In this document: piece by piece, positions 30,393 through 39,422 of the stretch
Layout of the letters: every line of letters starts with the position of its first letter
Position numbering within the stretch: position 1 is the first letter of the stretch
Assembly (NCBI GenBank): GCA_050246315.1
Contig: JBFWWG010000007.1
Span: 1 to 64,000, forward strand
Reading direction: 5' to 3'
DNA from: Nitrospiraceae bacterium
GTDB taxonomy: Bacteria; Nitrospirota; Nitrospiria; Nitrospirales; Nitrospiraceae
DNA length: 64,000 nt
The notes under the pieces: model-generated
Told to the model about the DNA's origin: nothing
The model's input: only the letters and a program-made list of their open reading frames with translations
Databases searched by the model: none
Program-made: the position numbers and the translations under genes

Positions 30393-31424
30393 CTATCGAT
30401 CCGGAGGCGCCGGATCGAGTGCTCCAAGGTAAGAAAAATCGCGGACTTTGAGAAGCGAACTGTCGTTGCGCAGGCGAAAATCATCACGGCTTGGATCCAG
30501 AAAACCTGGATCGCCTGTGAAGTCGGATCCATTGCCCAATTCCGGCGCCGGCACCTCCGGCGATCCTGGGCGGACATAGTGCTCGCCTGTTTCGGAGAAG
30601 GCGTTGTGAGTAAATCGGACATCACTCGTCGGAGCTACTGCAAATCCGACCTTGTTCCGACTCACAATATTCCCCGACACCTCACTCTGGGATCTGGCCA
30701 GAAAGGCTGCCGCACCTCCGTTCCTGACCAGGGTATTCGCAATCACGATCGCGCGGGCGTGATCCGTGACAACCACAGCTTCGAACAATTGGCGGATGAT
30801 CAGATTGCGTTCCAGTCGAACGACGCTCTTGCCGGCGATGTTGACCCCATGATCGTTGTCATGAATCACATTTCCGATGAGGACCGCTTGTGAATCGGCA
30901 AACTGTACGCCGGTGGTTTCGCTGCCGCCGATCCGGCAGCGTTCGATCCGGACATCTTGGACCTGCTGGCCGAACAGCATCCCCTTCACCTTCAGGTCGT
31001 GAAGTACCAGTCCCTTGCCGTTGAAAATTCCCATTGCATGTCCGCCGTGCTCATTGATCGTCATCCCGCTGATCTCGATGTTGGTCGCTCCATAGGGCCA
31101 CTTCCCGATGTGGAGGACGCCGACTCGATCCTTGCCGAGGATCGTCACTTGATCGATTCCCTCGCCGATGAGCTTGAGGTCCTCCTTGCTGTGGATGGTC
31201 ACATCCTCCGGATAGGCCCCGGCTTTGACTTGAATCGTATCTCCCTTTCCGGCGACATCCAACGCGGCTTGGATAGAACGAAACTCGCCGCTTCCGTCCA
31301 ATGCCACCACAATCGTCCGCGGACCTCGTTTGTCTTGTGGCAGCTCTCCCTCGGCAAAGGCCACCATCCCAGGCGAAGCCACCCACCAGGTGATCAGAAC
31401 GACGATGATCCTGAACGGCGTCAT
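30393..31424 (-). CDS. Exported right-handed beta-helix (pectin lyase/NosD-like) protein
   Basis: Signal peptide; VALDGSGEFRSIQAALD..GDTIQVKAGAY; parallel beta-helix repeats; DPGFLDP..DFRL. Confidence 0.85.
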   Translation of the reverse strand: MTPFRIIVVLITWWVASPGMVAFAEGELPQDKRGPRTIVVALDGSGEFRSIQAALDVAGKGDTIQVKAGAYPEDVTIHSKEDLKLIGEGIDQVTILGKDRVGVLHIGKWPYGATNIEISGMTINEHGGHAMGIFNGKGLVLHDLKVKGMLFGQQVQDVRIERCRIGGSETTGVQFADSQAVLIGNVIHDNDHGVNIAGKSVVRLERNLIIRQLFEAVVVTDHARAIVIANTLVRNGGAAAFLARSQSEVSGNIVSRNKVGFAVAPTSDVRFTHNAFSETGEHYVRPGSPEVPAPELGNGSDFTGDPGFLDPSRDDFRLRNDSSLLKVRDFSYLGALDPAPPDR

Positions 31425-31513
31425 ACCAGCCTCTTACAGGCCGGCGCACGGAGAAGTCAACGAGTCGCGCAACCGGAATTGTCGGAGTGCAGGCCTCATG
31501 GTATTCTCGCCGC

Positions 31514-32176
31514 GTGATCCTGGTGGGCCTGACAGGCGGGGTGGCAACCGGCAAGAGCACGGTTGCTCGGATGTTTCAAGACTGCGGCGCCGCTATCATC
31601 GATGCCGACCTCCTGGCCAGACAGGTGGTGGAACCAGGCCGCCCGGCCTGGCGCGACATCGTCAAGCGGTTTGGGCCCAAGATCCTCAAGCCTGACCGTA
31701 CCATCGACCGAGAGGCGCTCGCCGGACTCGTCTTCGCGGACTATCGGAAGCTCAAGCGGCTTGGAGCGATCATTCACCCGAGAGTGGCCAGGGAGCAAGC
31801 CAAGCTCGTTCGAGCCATCGTCGAGCAGCATCCCCACGCAGTCATCATCTACGATGCCCCCGTGCTGATCGAAGCCGGCGCCCATCGGCGCATGGATCGG
31901 GTGACGGTGGTCACGGCGCGGCGTGACACACAAATCGCTCGACTTCAACGACGAAATGATCTCAGCCGCGCCGAATCGCTGCGGCGTATTCGATCTCAGA
32001 TGCCCTTGAACCGAAAACGAAAGCTGGCCGACGACGTCATCGACGGGGATCAGCCGCTGCGCGTGCTCCGCCGCCAGGTGGCCCGCCTCTTTGAAACCTA
32101 TCGGATCATGGCCTCCCACCGCACTCGACAGCGCGCGGCCACCTTGCCCCGAACCTCGACCCGTGCAGGGCTGTGA
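31514..32176 (+). CDS. coaE: Dephospho-CoA kinase
   Basis: VGLTGGVATGKST, IIDAD, IIHPRV, SQMP. Confidence 0.95.
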   Translation: MILVGLTGGVATGKSTVARMFQDCGAAIIDADLLARQVVEPGRPAWRDIVKRFGPKILKPDRTIDREALAGLVFADYRKLKRLGAIIHPRVAREQAKLVRAIVEQHPHAVIIYDAPVLIEAGAHRRMDRVTVVTARRDTQIARLQRRNDLSRAESLRRIRSQMPLNRKRKLADDVIDGDQPLRVLRRQVARLFETYRIMASHRTRQRAATLPRTSTRAGL

Positions 32177-32198
32177 GCCCGTGTGCTAGAGTGCCGGC

Positions 32199-33122
32199 AT
32201 GCGCCAGGTGGTCATCATCGGCTCCGGTCCCGCAGGACTGACAGCCGCCCTCTACACGGCTCGCGCCAACCTCTCGCCCCTCCTGATCGAAGGCTGGCAA
32301 GCAGGTGGACAACTGACAACCACCACCGAAGTTGAAAATTATCCCGGCTTTTCGCAGCCGATTATGGGCCCCGATCTGATGAAGGCGATGCGCGCCCAGG
32401 CCGAACGGTTCGGCACTGAGTTTCTGACCGGCGACGTCACCTCGGTGGATCTCGGCCGTCGGCCGTTCACCCTCACCGTTGACGGGGAAAAGAACCTGAC
32501 TACCAACGCTCTCATCATCGCGACGGGCGCGTCGGCCATTCGATTGGGTCTGCCCAATGAATCGCGCTTAACCGGTCATGGCGTTTCCACGTGCGCCACA
32601 TGCGACGGGTTTTTCTTTCGCGGTCAGGAACTGATCGTGGTGGGCGGCGGCGACAGCGCCATGGAGGAAGCCCTCTTCCTTACCAAATTCGCCACCAAGG
32701 TCACGGTGGTGCACCGGCGCGACAAACTGCGTGCGTCGAAGATCATGCAAGAACGCGCGCAGATGAACGCCAAGATCTCCTTCTTGTGGAATACCGTCGT
32801 CGAGGACATCCTGGGCTCGGACAAGGTGACCGGCGTTCGGCTACGCCAGGTGCGGACCAACCAGGTCTCTGAGTTGCCGTGTGCCGGAGTTTTTGTGGCG
32901 ATCGGCCACCGGCCGAATACGGATCTCTTCACGGGTCAGCTTGAGGTGGATGAGAAAAAATATATCGTAACTCGGAAGGGAACCGTCACCAGTGTCGCGG
33001 GGGTCTTTGCCGCCGGGGACGTGCAAGACTCGGTCTACCGCCAAGCCGTCACCGCCGCCGGCTCCGGTTGCATGGCCGCCATCGACACCGAACGCTGGCT
33101 GGAATCCGTGGGACATCCGTGA
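32199..33122 (+). CDS. trxB: Thioredoxin reductase
   Basis: GSGPAG, CATCDG, GGGDSA, FAAGDV. Confidence 0.97.
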   Translation: MRQVVIIGSGPAGLTAALYTARANLSPLLIEGWQAGGQLTTTTEVENYPGFSQPIMGPDLMKAMRAQAERFGTEFLTGDVTSVDLGRRPFTLTVDGEKNLTTNALIIATGASAIRLGLPNESRLTGHGVSTCATCDGFFFRGQELIVVGGGDSAMEEALFLTKFATKVTVVHRRDKLRASKIMQERAQMNAKISFLWNTVVEDILGSDKVTGVRLRQVRTNQVSELPCAGVFVAIGHRPNTDLFTGQLEVDEKKYIVTRKGTVTSVAGVFAAGDVQDSVYRQAVTAAGSGCMAAIDTERWLESVGHP

Positions 33123-34300
33123 TGCGTGTGGCCATCGTCCACTATCACGAGTTGGCTCTCAAAGGACGCAATCGTCCATTCTTCGAGCAGCGTCTGGTGG
33201 AACACCTGCGCGGAGCGCTCAAGGATCTTGGTGTGCGACAAATCCAGGCGCTTCACGGCCGCATCCGGGTCGAAATGACGGTCGAGACCGATTGGAAGGT
33301 CGTGCGCGAACGCCTGGCACAGGCCTTCGGATGCACCCACTTCTTGTTGGCCCACGCGGTGCCCATGGACGTCGCGCAGCCGGATCTGGAACCGGTCAAG
33401 ACTGCCGCCTCGGTGCTGGCCTGCGGCCAGTCCTCCGCCACCTTTCGCGTCACCGCCAAACGAGCGGACAAGCGCTATCCCTGGACCTCGATGGACATCG
33501 AGCGGGCGGTTGGCGAACACGTCTGTGGAACCACCGGCAAGCGAGTCAGGTTGAAGCAGCCTGATCTGACGATCTACGTCGAACTGGCGTCCAAGGAAGC
33601 CTACGTGGCGGTCGAACGGCATACGGGACCGGGCGGACTGCCGATCGGCGTCAGCGGCAAGGTGGCCTGTCTGCTCTCGGGAGGGATTGATTCACCCGTC
33701 GCCTCCTACCGCATGATGAAGCGCGGCTGCCGGGCCACGTTTGTCCATTTCCACGGTAGGCCGTTCGTGAGCCGCGCGTCGGAGGAGAAGGCTCGCGAGT
33801 TGGTCAAGATCCTCACGCCCTACCAACTGACCTCTCGCCTCTACCTCATCCCGTTCGGAGAGATCCAACGGCACATCGTCCTGAGCGCGCCTGCAGCCGT
33901 TCGCGTCGTCTTGTATCGCCGCATGATGATCCGGATCGCGGAGGAACTCGCCCGGCGTGAACACTGTTGGGCATTGGTGACCGGAGACAGTCTCGGGCAG
34001 GTGGCGTCGCAGACAGCGGAGAACCTGAGCGTGATCGAGGAAGCGGCCACCCTCCCCCTTCTGCGCCCGCTCATCGGAATGGACAAGATTGAAATTACCG
34101 GCGAGGCTCAGGCCATCGGCACTTTCGAAACCTCGATCGAACCGGATCAGGATTGTTGCCGACTGTTCGTCCCGCCCCATCCCAGCACGAAAACCGACCT
34201 CGACCACATCCGCAAGCTCGAACGGCATCTCGACATCGGCACCCTGACCAAACAGGGGTTGGAGGCAGCCGAGTCGGTCGATTTGGCGTTCCCTCGCTAG
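33122..34300 (+). CDS. thiI: tRNA 4-thiouridine synthase ThiI (THUMP + PP-loop, no rhodanese domain)
   Basis: ATG at 33122 overlaps the trxB stop; YHELALKGRNR, LLSGGIDSPV, GDSLGQVASQT, QDCC. Confidence 0.95.
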   Translation: MRVAIVHYHELALKGRNRPFFEQRLVEHLRGALKDLGVRQIQALHGRIRVEMTVETDWKVVRERLAQAFGCTHFLLAHAVPMDVAQPDLEPVKTAASVLACGQSSATFRVTAKRADKRYPWTSMDIERAVGEHVCGTTGKRVRLKQPDLTIYVELASKEAYVAVERHTGPGGLPIGVSGKVACLLSGGIDSPVASYRMMKRGCRATFVHFHGRPFVSRASEEKARELVKILTPYQLTSRLYLIPFGEIQRHIVLSAPAAVRVVLYRRMMIRIAEELARREHCWALVTGDSLGQVASQTAENLSVIEEAATLPLLRPLIGMDKIEITGEAQAIGTFETSIEPDQDCCRLFVPPHPSTKTDLDHIRKLERHLDIGTLTKQGLEAAESVDLAFPR

Positions 34301-34902
34301 TGCCCCTTGTCCAGCTTCGCCAGCTTGGCCCGCACCAGCTTGAAATGGGCCTCGAGCTCGCGCTTGACCTCGAGGGCCACGAGCCAGTCCGGCGCGATCG
34401 TTTTGGGCTCGACCAGAAGGTCGAACTCTGCCTTGGTATGGAGGGGAGACCCGTTCGAAGAGAGTTTCCACGTGCGCGCATAGCGTTTGAAGTCGCCGCC
34501 GATCATGGTCGTCGTCAAGCCCCCGTCCGGCGAGATTCGATTCTCTCCGAGCAGACGCGACTCGCCGGGCAAGATGGGATGAGCGATAAAGATCTCCGTA
34601 ATGGCACGATCAGGCATCCGCTCGACTTTTCCCACCCTCATCGACACGTCGAACAGCTCGGGCCAATGTTCGTAATCCGTGAACAGGGCCTGTACGGCGG
34701 CCATCGGGGCCGGCAGATCAAGGATGGCGTGGGCCCTCACCCCGCCTTGCGGATCGGGCTTGACATCGAGGTGTGTGTTGATCGCCGCCACATCCTCGAT
34801 CCCGGCCCCCGTGGCTCCCGGTGCTTGAAACAATGCGGCCGCGCACCAGAGTAGCGGCCAGGCCCGGCCACTCACAAGATGCCTCGTCACTCCCTGTCCC
34901 AC
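34297..34902 (-). CDS. Exported SRPBCC/START-like (polyketide cyclase) protein
   Basis: Signal-like N-terminus; LPAPMAAVQALFTDYEHWPELF, MIGGDFKRYARTWKL. Confidence 0.7.
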   Translation of the reverse strand: MGQGVTRHLVSGRAWPLLWCAAALFQAPGATGAGIEDVAAINTHLDVKPDPQGGVRAHAILDLPAPMAAVQALFTDYEHWPELFDVSMRVGKVERMPDRAITEIFIAHPILPGESRLLGENRISPDGGLTTTMIGGDFKRYARTWKLSSNGSPLHTKAEFDLLVEPKTIAPDWLVALEVKRELEAHFKLVRAKLAKLDKGH

Positions 34903-34903
34903 A

Positions 34904-36028
34904 TCATCCCAGCTTCATCAGTGAATCCAGCAGCCGCTGGTGAATGCGCCGAACCCGCTCGAGCTGCCCCTTGGCTGGAAACCGCTCATAAAAGCCGTCG
35001 GCCCGAAACTCCTTAACCAGCTTCGCCCAAGGTTGCAGCAGGTCGGCAAACGGCTTCGGCGATCGTTGCTGCTCCCAATCGCTGATGAGCTTTCGGTCGA
35101 TAATCAGGTCGTCCAGCACGCGGATCAGCGCCTTAAGCGTCACATCCCGCGTAAACATGTATCGCTCGTTGTTTCCCCATATTTCGCTCATCACTTCCTT
35201 GGCGCCCTTGAGATAGTCCCGCACGAGCGCATAACACCGGTCCGGCTTCATACCCAGGTGCGTGTCCATCCAGCGCTTATGCGCCGTCACGACTTTCAGC
35301 AACTCGTTGAAGATCTCGGACTGGAGCACCCACTTTTCCTGCTTGCTGCGTCCGCCCAGCCGGTTGATCTTGTATTGGAGGGGCGAGTCTGCCTCTTCAT
35401 AGAGCAGATTCACTACCTTGGCGGTGAACTTCTTCTCCGGACTTTCCCAGGAAACCTTTTCGTACAGATCCACGAGATGCGACCGGTTGATGCGCGTGTG
35501 GGTCGAGTTGATAATCACGAACATCTCGGTGGCGAAGTCTGCGCTGCGCCCATCGAACAGCACGCAAGGCACTTCCACCTGCTCAATCTGATCCGGGTGC
35601 CTGTCCTGAAAAAAGTGAAGGCCGGCCAGTCGGTGCTGGCCGTCGATCACCAGGTACTTACCGTTCGGCTCGCTCAGATGCCCCAGTGTTTCATTCCCGT
35701 CGAGCTTTTGGAACCGCAAGGTTTCATCGGTGAACAAGAGCACGGTACCGGGAATCATGGGCTGCGTCACGACCGTCTCGTAGAAGTTCACAATCTGTTT
35801 GATTTTCTGGCGGTTCAAGATACGTTGAAAACCCCTCTCGCTCCGCTCGATGCCTGCGATAAACTTGGCTACTTCGTCGTGCTCGGATACTTTCCCTTCC
35901 GCGATTTCCTCGCCTTCGAAATAGTAGCGGCTCGTGAACCGAACTTTGCGCAACAGGTCCTGCGCCTTGTATGAGATAAAATAGAACGTGCCTTCCTTCT
36001 GGCGGATCCGCGTTGCGAGCATCGTCAC
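34904..36028 (-). CDS. DGQHR-domain protein (DndB/ParB-like)
   Basis: GFQRILN, VIDGQHRLAGL, FVIINSTHTRI. Confidence 0.9.
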   Translation of the reverse strand: MTMLATRIRQKEGTFYFISYKAQDLLRKVRFTSRYYFEGEEIAEGKVSEHDEVAKFIAGIERSERGFQRILNRQKIKQIVNFYETVVTQPMIPGTVLLFTDETLRFQKLDGNETLGHLSEPNGKYLVIDGQHRLAGLHFFQDRHPDQIEQVEVPCVLFDGRSADFATEMFVIINSTHTRINRSHLVDLYEKVSWESPEKKFTAKVVNLLYEEADSPLQYKINRLGGRSKQEKWVLQSEIFNELLKVVTAHKRWMDTHLGMKPDRCYALVRDYLKGAKEVMSEIWGNNERYMFTRDVTLKALIRVLDDLIIDRKLISDWEQQRSPKPFADLLQPWAKLVKEFRADGFYERFPAKGQLERVRRIHQRLLDSLMKLG

Positions 36029-36046
36029 CCCTCGTCCTGACTCCGT

Positions 36047-37756
36047 TCACTGCTTGAGAGCCGCCTGAATCTCGGCCGGCTCCAGTGTGTTGACCACATC
36101 GGTGACGCTCAGCCCTCCCTTGCGGGCGACATTCACCCCGAACGGAACGTCCCTCAATCCGTCTGCGACATGAGCATCAGGATTGATGCTGACCTTGACA
36201 CCCTGCTCTCTGACCGCGGCGCAGAGACGCCAGTCGAGGTCCAGCCGGTGCGGGTTTGCGTTGATCTCGAGGATCTTGCCGTGCTCCTTCGCCGCCTGGA
36301 TGACGCGGGCCATGTCGATCCGATACCCTTCGCGTGAGAGCAGGAGCCGGCCGGTGGGGTGCCCGAGCATCGTCACATGGGGATTGGCCAAGGCGCGCAC
36401 CACACGGGCGGTTTGCTCCTCCTCCGGAAGATTGAAACGGCTGTGGACCGAGGCGATGACAAAGTCGAACGTCGCCAATACCTCATCCGGATAATCCATC
36501 GCGCCGTCAGCCAGGATATCGGCTTCGATACCTTTGAGGATGAGGATGTCGGGCAGCCGCTTGCGCAGCGCGTCAATCGCCGCATGTTGCTCGCGGATGC
36601 GGTCTTCCTTCAAGCCGTTGGCGTAGAACGCGGACTGGCTGTGGTCCGAGATGCCGATGTATCGATACCCTAGCCTCCGGGCCTCCTCGACCATCTCCTC
36701 CAATGTGGAGGAACCGTCGCTGGCGGTCGTATGGTTGTGAAAGATACCTTGGATATCGTGCGCTGTCACGAGTCGAGCGAGTTCGCCCCGCTCGGCCGCC
36801 TCAATCTCGCCCAATCCCTCCCGTAACTCCGGCTCGATCCAGGGCAGGTCCAGCGCTCGATAGAGGTCGGCCTCATTCTCCGCCGGTGGAGACAGGGGGC
36901 CTCGGTCCTCGTCCAGATTCCATGTGACTCCCCGTGCCGTGGCACGGTCTCTCAACCGAGCCAGGTGCTGATCGTTGCCGGACTTGGAGAGCAGGAGATG
37001 GGGTGAGAGGGATGAGGAAACGTGAATCACCACGGCAAGCCCCAGCGCTGACCGCCCGCGAAGGACGGGCCCTTCCTGAATCAGCCGGTGATCGATGCCT
37101 TGCGCGACAAGCGCCGGCCCGATTGAATCCGGCCGATCCGTGGCCACTACCAACTCAATCGTTTGGACGATCTCCATGCAACGCCGGAGATCGCCCACCA
37201 ACTCAACCCGTACCACTCCTGAGACCGACCGGCAAGCGGCGACGAGCGCCTGGGCCTCCTCGATGGCATTGGCGAAAAGTTGAAACCCTTGACGCTTCTT
37301 GAACTGGAGAATTCCCTGTCTGATCTTATCCTGGGTCTTCTGTCCGAATCCGGGCAATCCGACCAAGCGATTCTCGATGCAGGCATATTCAAGTTCCCCG
37401 ACCGTGGTGACACCAAGCTGTTGCCACACGGTCAAGATTTTCTTCGGTCCCATTCCAGCAATGGCCCGCATGTCGACCAAGCCGGCCGGCACTGACCGTT
37501 TCAACTCCTCATAGTAGACCAGCCGCCCCGTCTCCACCAGTTCGGTGAGCTTCTCGGCCAGAGCCTGTCCGATTCCCTTCAATTCGCGAATGCGCCCCGT
37601 GGCCACCATCTCGGCGAGATCGTCCGTGGCCCCTACGATGGTCCTGGCCGCATTGTAATAGGCCTGGCTCTTGAATGGACTCTCTCCTTTGAGCTCCAAC
37701 AGCAACCCGATATCATCGAGGATCTCTACGATCTCGCGCTTGGTCGGCGACGGCAT
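36047..37756 (-). CDS. polX: DNA polymerase X-PHP fusion with altered polymerase active site
   Basis: GESPFKSQAY, HhH GIG/GMGPKK; GDLRR..QTIE in place of GSxRR..GDID; intact PHP motifs HNH, SDHS, GIE, GHP, PDAH. Confidence 0.9.
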   Translation of the reverse strand: MPSPTKREIVEILDDIGLLLELKGESPFKSQAYYNAARTIVGATDDLAEMVATGRIRELKGIGQALAEKLTELVETGRLVYYEELKRSVPAGLVDMRAIAGMGPKKILTVWQQLGVTTVGELEYACIENRLVGLPGFGQKTQDKIRQGILQFKKRQGFQLFANAIEEAQALVAACRSVSGVVRVELVGDLRRCMEIVQTIELVVATDRPDSIGPALVAQGIDHRLIQEGPVLRGRSALGLAVVIHVSSSLSPHLLLSKSGNDQHLARLRDRATARGVTWNLDEDRGPLSPPAENEADLYRALDLPWIEPELREGLGEIEAAERGELARLVTAHDIQGIFHNHTTASDGSSTLEEMVEEARRLGYRYIGISDHSQSAFYANGLKEDRIREQHAAIDALRKRLPDILILKGIEADILADGAMDYPDEVLATFDFVIASVHSRFNLPEEEQTARVVRALANPHVTMLGHPTGRLLLSREGYRIDMARVIQAAKEHGKILEINANPHRLDLDWRLCAAVREQGVKVSINPDAHVADGLRDVPFGVNVARKGGLSVTDVVNTLEPAEIQAALKQ

Positions 37757-37824
37757 GGCGGAGAAATTCTACGCTCCCCACGGAAGTGGCCGCAACTCAT
37801 CGCCCTATGTTACGATGCGCCGTC

Positions 37825-38211
37825 ATGAAGGCGCGCAACTTCATGTTCTTGATCGCCGTGGTGATCGTAGTAGGCGGGACCGCCCTGTGGTTCGCGAACG
37901 CCGTCCTCCCTTCGAGTTGGGCTCAGGACATTCCGGAAGACCCGCACGTCACGACAGAACGATTTTGCAGTTTCGGCATGGCCAAGGGAGAAAAACACCA
38001 GAAGTGCGAAGTGCCGATCCTGCCGGGGTGCGTGGTCGCCAATTTTCCCGGAACGAAGAAGCCCTGGACCACCATTTCAAAGGGCGGGAAGACGACCTGT
38101 CAGTTCGACCCCAAAGCCACCGACTGGAAAACCAGAATCGTCGGCGCCTGCACGAAATGCACCTCCACGCAATGTTCCGTGACCTTCAACGTTCGGTTTA
38201 TGTGTTCATAG
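37825..38211 (+). CDS. Small exported Cys-rich protein
   Basis: ATG at 37825; signal/anchor; 8 Cys in the mature part. Confidence 0.7.
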   Translation: MKARNFMFLIAVVIVVGGTALWFANAVLPSSWAQDIPEDPHVTTERFCSFGMAKGEKHQKCEVPILPGCVVANFPGTKKPWTTISKGGKTTCQFDPKATDWKTRIVGACTKCTSTQCSVTFNVRFMCS

Positions 38212-38260
38212 CCTACCGGCTTCGGGACGACTGAATCCGATCCTACCTTCATGGCCACCC

Positions 38261-39250
38261 ATGTCTCTCAGCAACAGAATCAAGCAGGAGGCGCAGGTAC
38301 TGGGATTCGACGCAGTCGGGATTGCCCGCGTGCCGCCGTCCAGCCACGAGAGCGGTCCCCAAAGCACGTCATCGCCATCGGCATTTCTGTCCCACCTCCT
38401 CGACCGGCTTCGCACCTGGTTGGACGCTCAGTTCCACGGGACGATGGGATGGATGGCGCGCGACCCGGCCCGGCGGGCCGATCCTTCTCGCGTCCTGCCC
38501 GAGTGCCGGTCCCTGGTATCTGTCGGCCTGAATTACTTCACCGGCCATCACGCCGACGAAGGCCCCGGATACGGACGGATCGCACGCTACGCATGGGTGC
38601 GCGATTATCATGAGGTGCTGGGAGACAAACTCGCCGCCTTCTGCGCCCGCATCCACGACCTTGCGCCGGAGTCCCGATCAATCTGGTACGTGGATACCGG
38701 TCCGGTGATGGAGAAGGCCTGGGCGCAACAGGCCGGTCTCGGCTGGATCGGCAAGCATTCCAATCTGGTTTCGGGACAGTACGGTTCGTGGCTGGTCCTG
38801 GGCGAGGTCCTGACGACATTGGAGTTGGAGCCTGATGAGGCGGGCAGCGATCTCTGCGGTTCCTGTTCGCTGTGCATCAACGCTTGCCCGACCGGCGCGA
38901 TTGTCGCCCCCTATGTCGTCGATGCGCGGCGGTGCATCTCCTATCTCACGATCGAATATCGCGGCGAAGGTTCGGATATTCCGGACCAGCTTCGCCGGAG
39001 CATGGGCCACCGCATTTTCGGTTGCGACGACTGCTTAGATGTCTGCCCGTACAATGCGCAGGCTCCGGCCACCGCGAACGCGGAGGTACAGCCCCGTCCC
39101 TGGACGCTACGGCCCGACCTCACGCGCCTCGGCGAGACGACAACTGCCGACTTCCTCAGCCTCACCCACCAGAGCCCGATTCGTCGAAGCAAGCATGCGG
39201 GATTCCTCCGGAACATCGAGATCGCGCGCCAAAACACCGGTTCCTCCTGA
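38261..39250 (+). CDS. queG: Epoxyqueuosine reductase
   Basis: IARYAW..DYH, VDTGPVMEKAWA, CGSCSLCINACPT, GCDDCLDVCP. Confidence 0.95.
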   Translation: MSLSNRIKQEAQVLGFDAVGIARVPPSSHESGPQSTSSPSAFLSHLLDRLRTWLDAQFHGTMGWMARDPARRADPSRVLPECRSLVSVGLNYFTGHHADEGPGYGRIARYAWVRDYHEVLGDKLAAFCARIHDLAPESRSIWYVDTGPVMEKAWAQQAGLGWIGKHSNLVSGQYGSWLVLGEVLTTLELEPDEAGSDLCGSCSLCINACPTGAIVAPYVVDARRCISYLTIEYRGEGSDIPDQLRRSMGHRIFGCDDCLDVCPYNAQAPATANAEVQPRPWTLRPDLTRLGETTTADFLSLTHQSPIRRSKHAGFLRNIEIARQNTGSS

Positions 39251-39422
39251 TTCGGCAGCTCGTACCGCAACCCAGTCCGTGACAACCCCACCCGTCAGTC
39301 CCGGACTCCCACCGGGATGGACGCTTGCTTCTTGGCAGGGGTATGATGACCGCGAATAGTCGGCCGATCCATCGAGAGATCGCGGAACCCGATCAGACCA
39401 CAGCCGACCGGCAAGAGGGCAC

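Noticed and set aside
38148..38165. Heme c motif in the Cys-rich protein
   Set aside because: The sequence is CTKCT, not CxxCH
33122..39250. Dnd phosphorothioate or Dpd 7-deazaguanine DNA-modification system (thiI, DGQHR, queG)
   Set aside because: No dndCDE or dpdA/C; thiI and queG look like ordinary tRNA enzymes in separate transcription units
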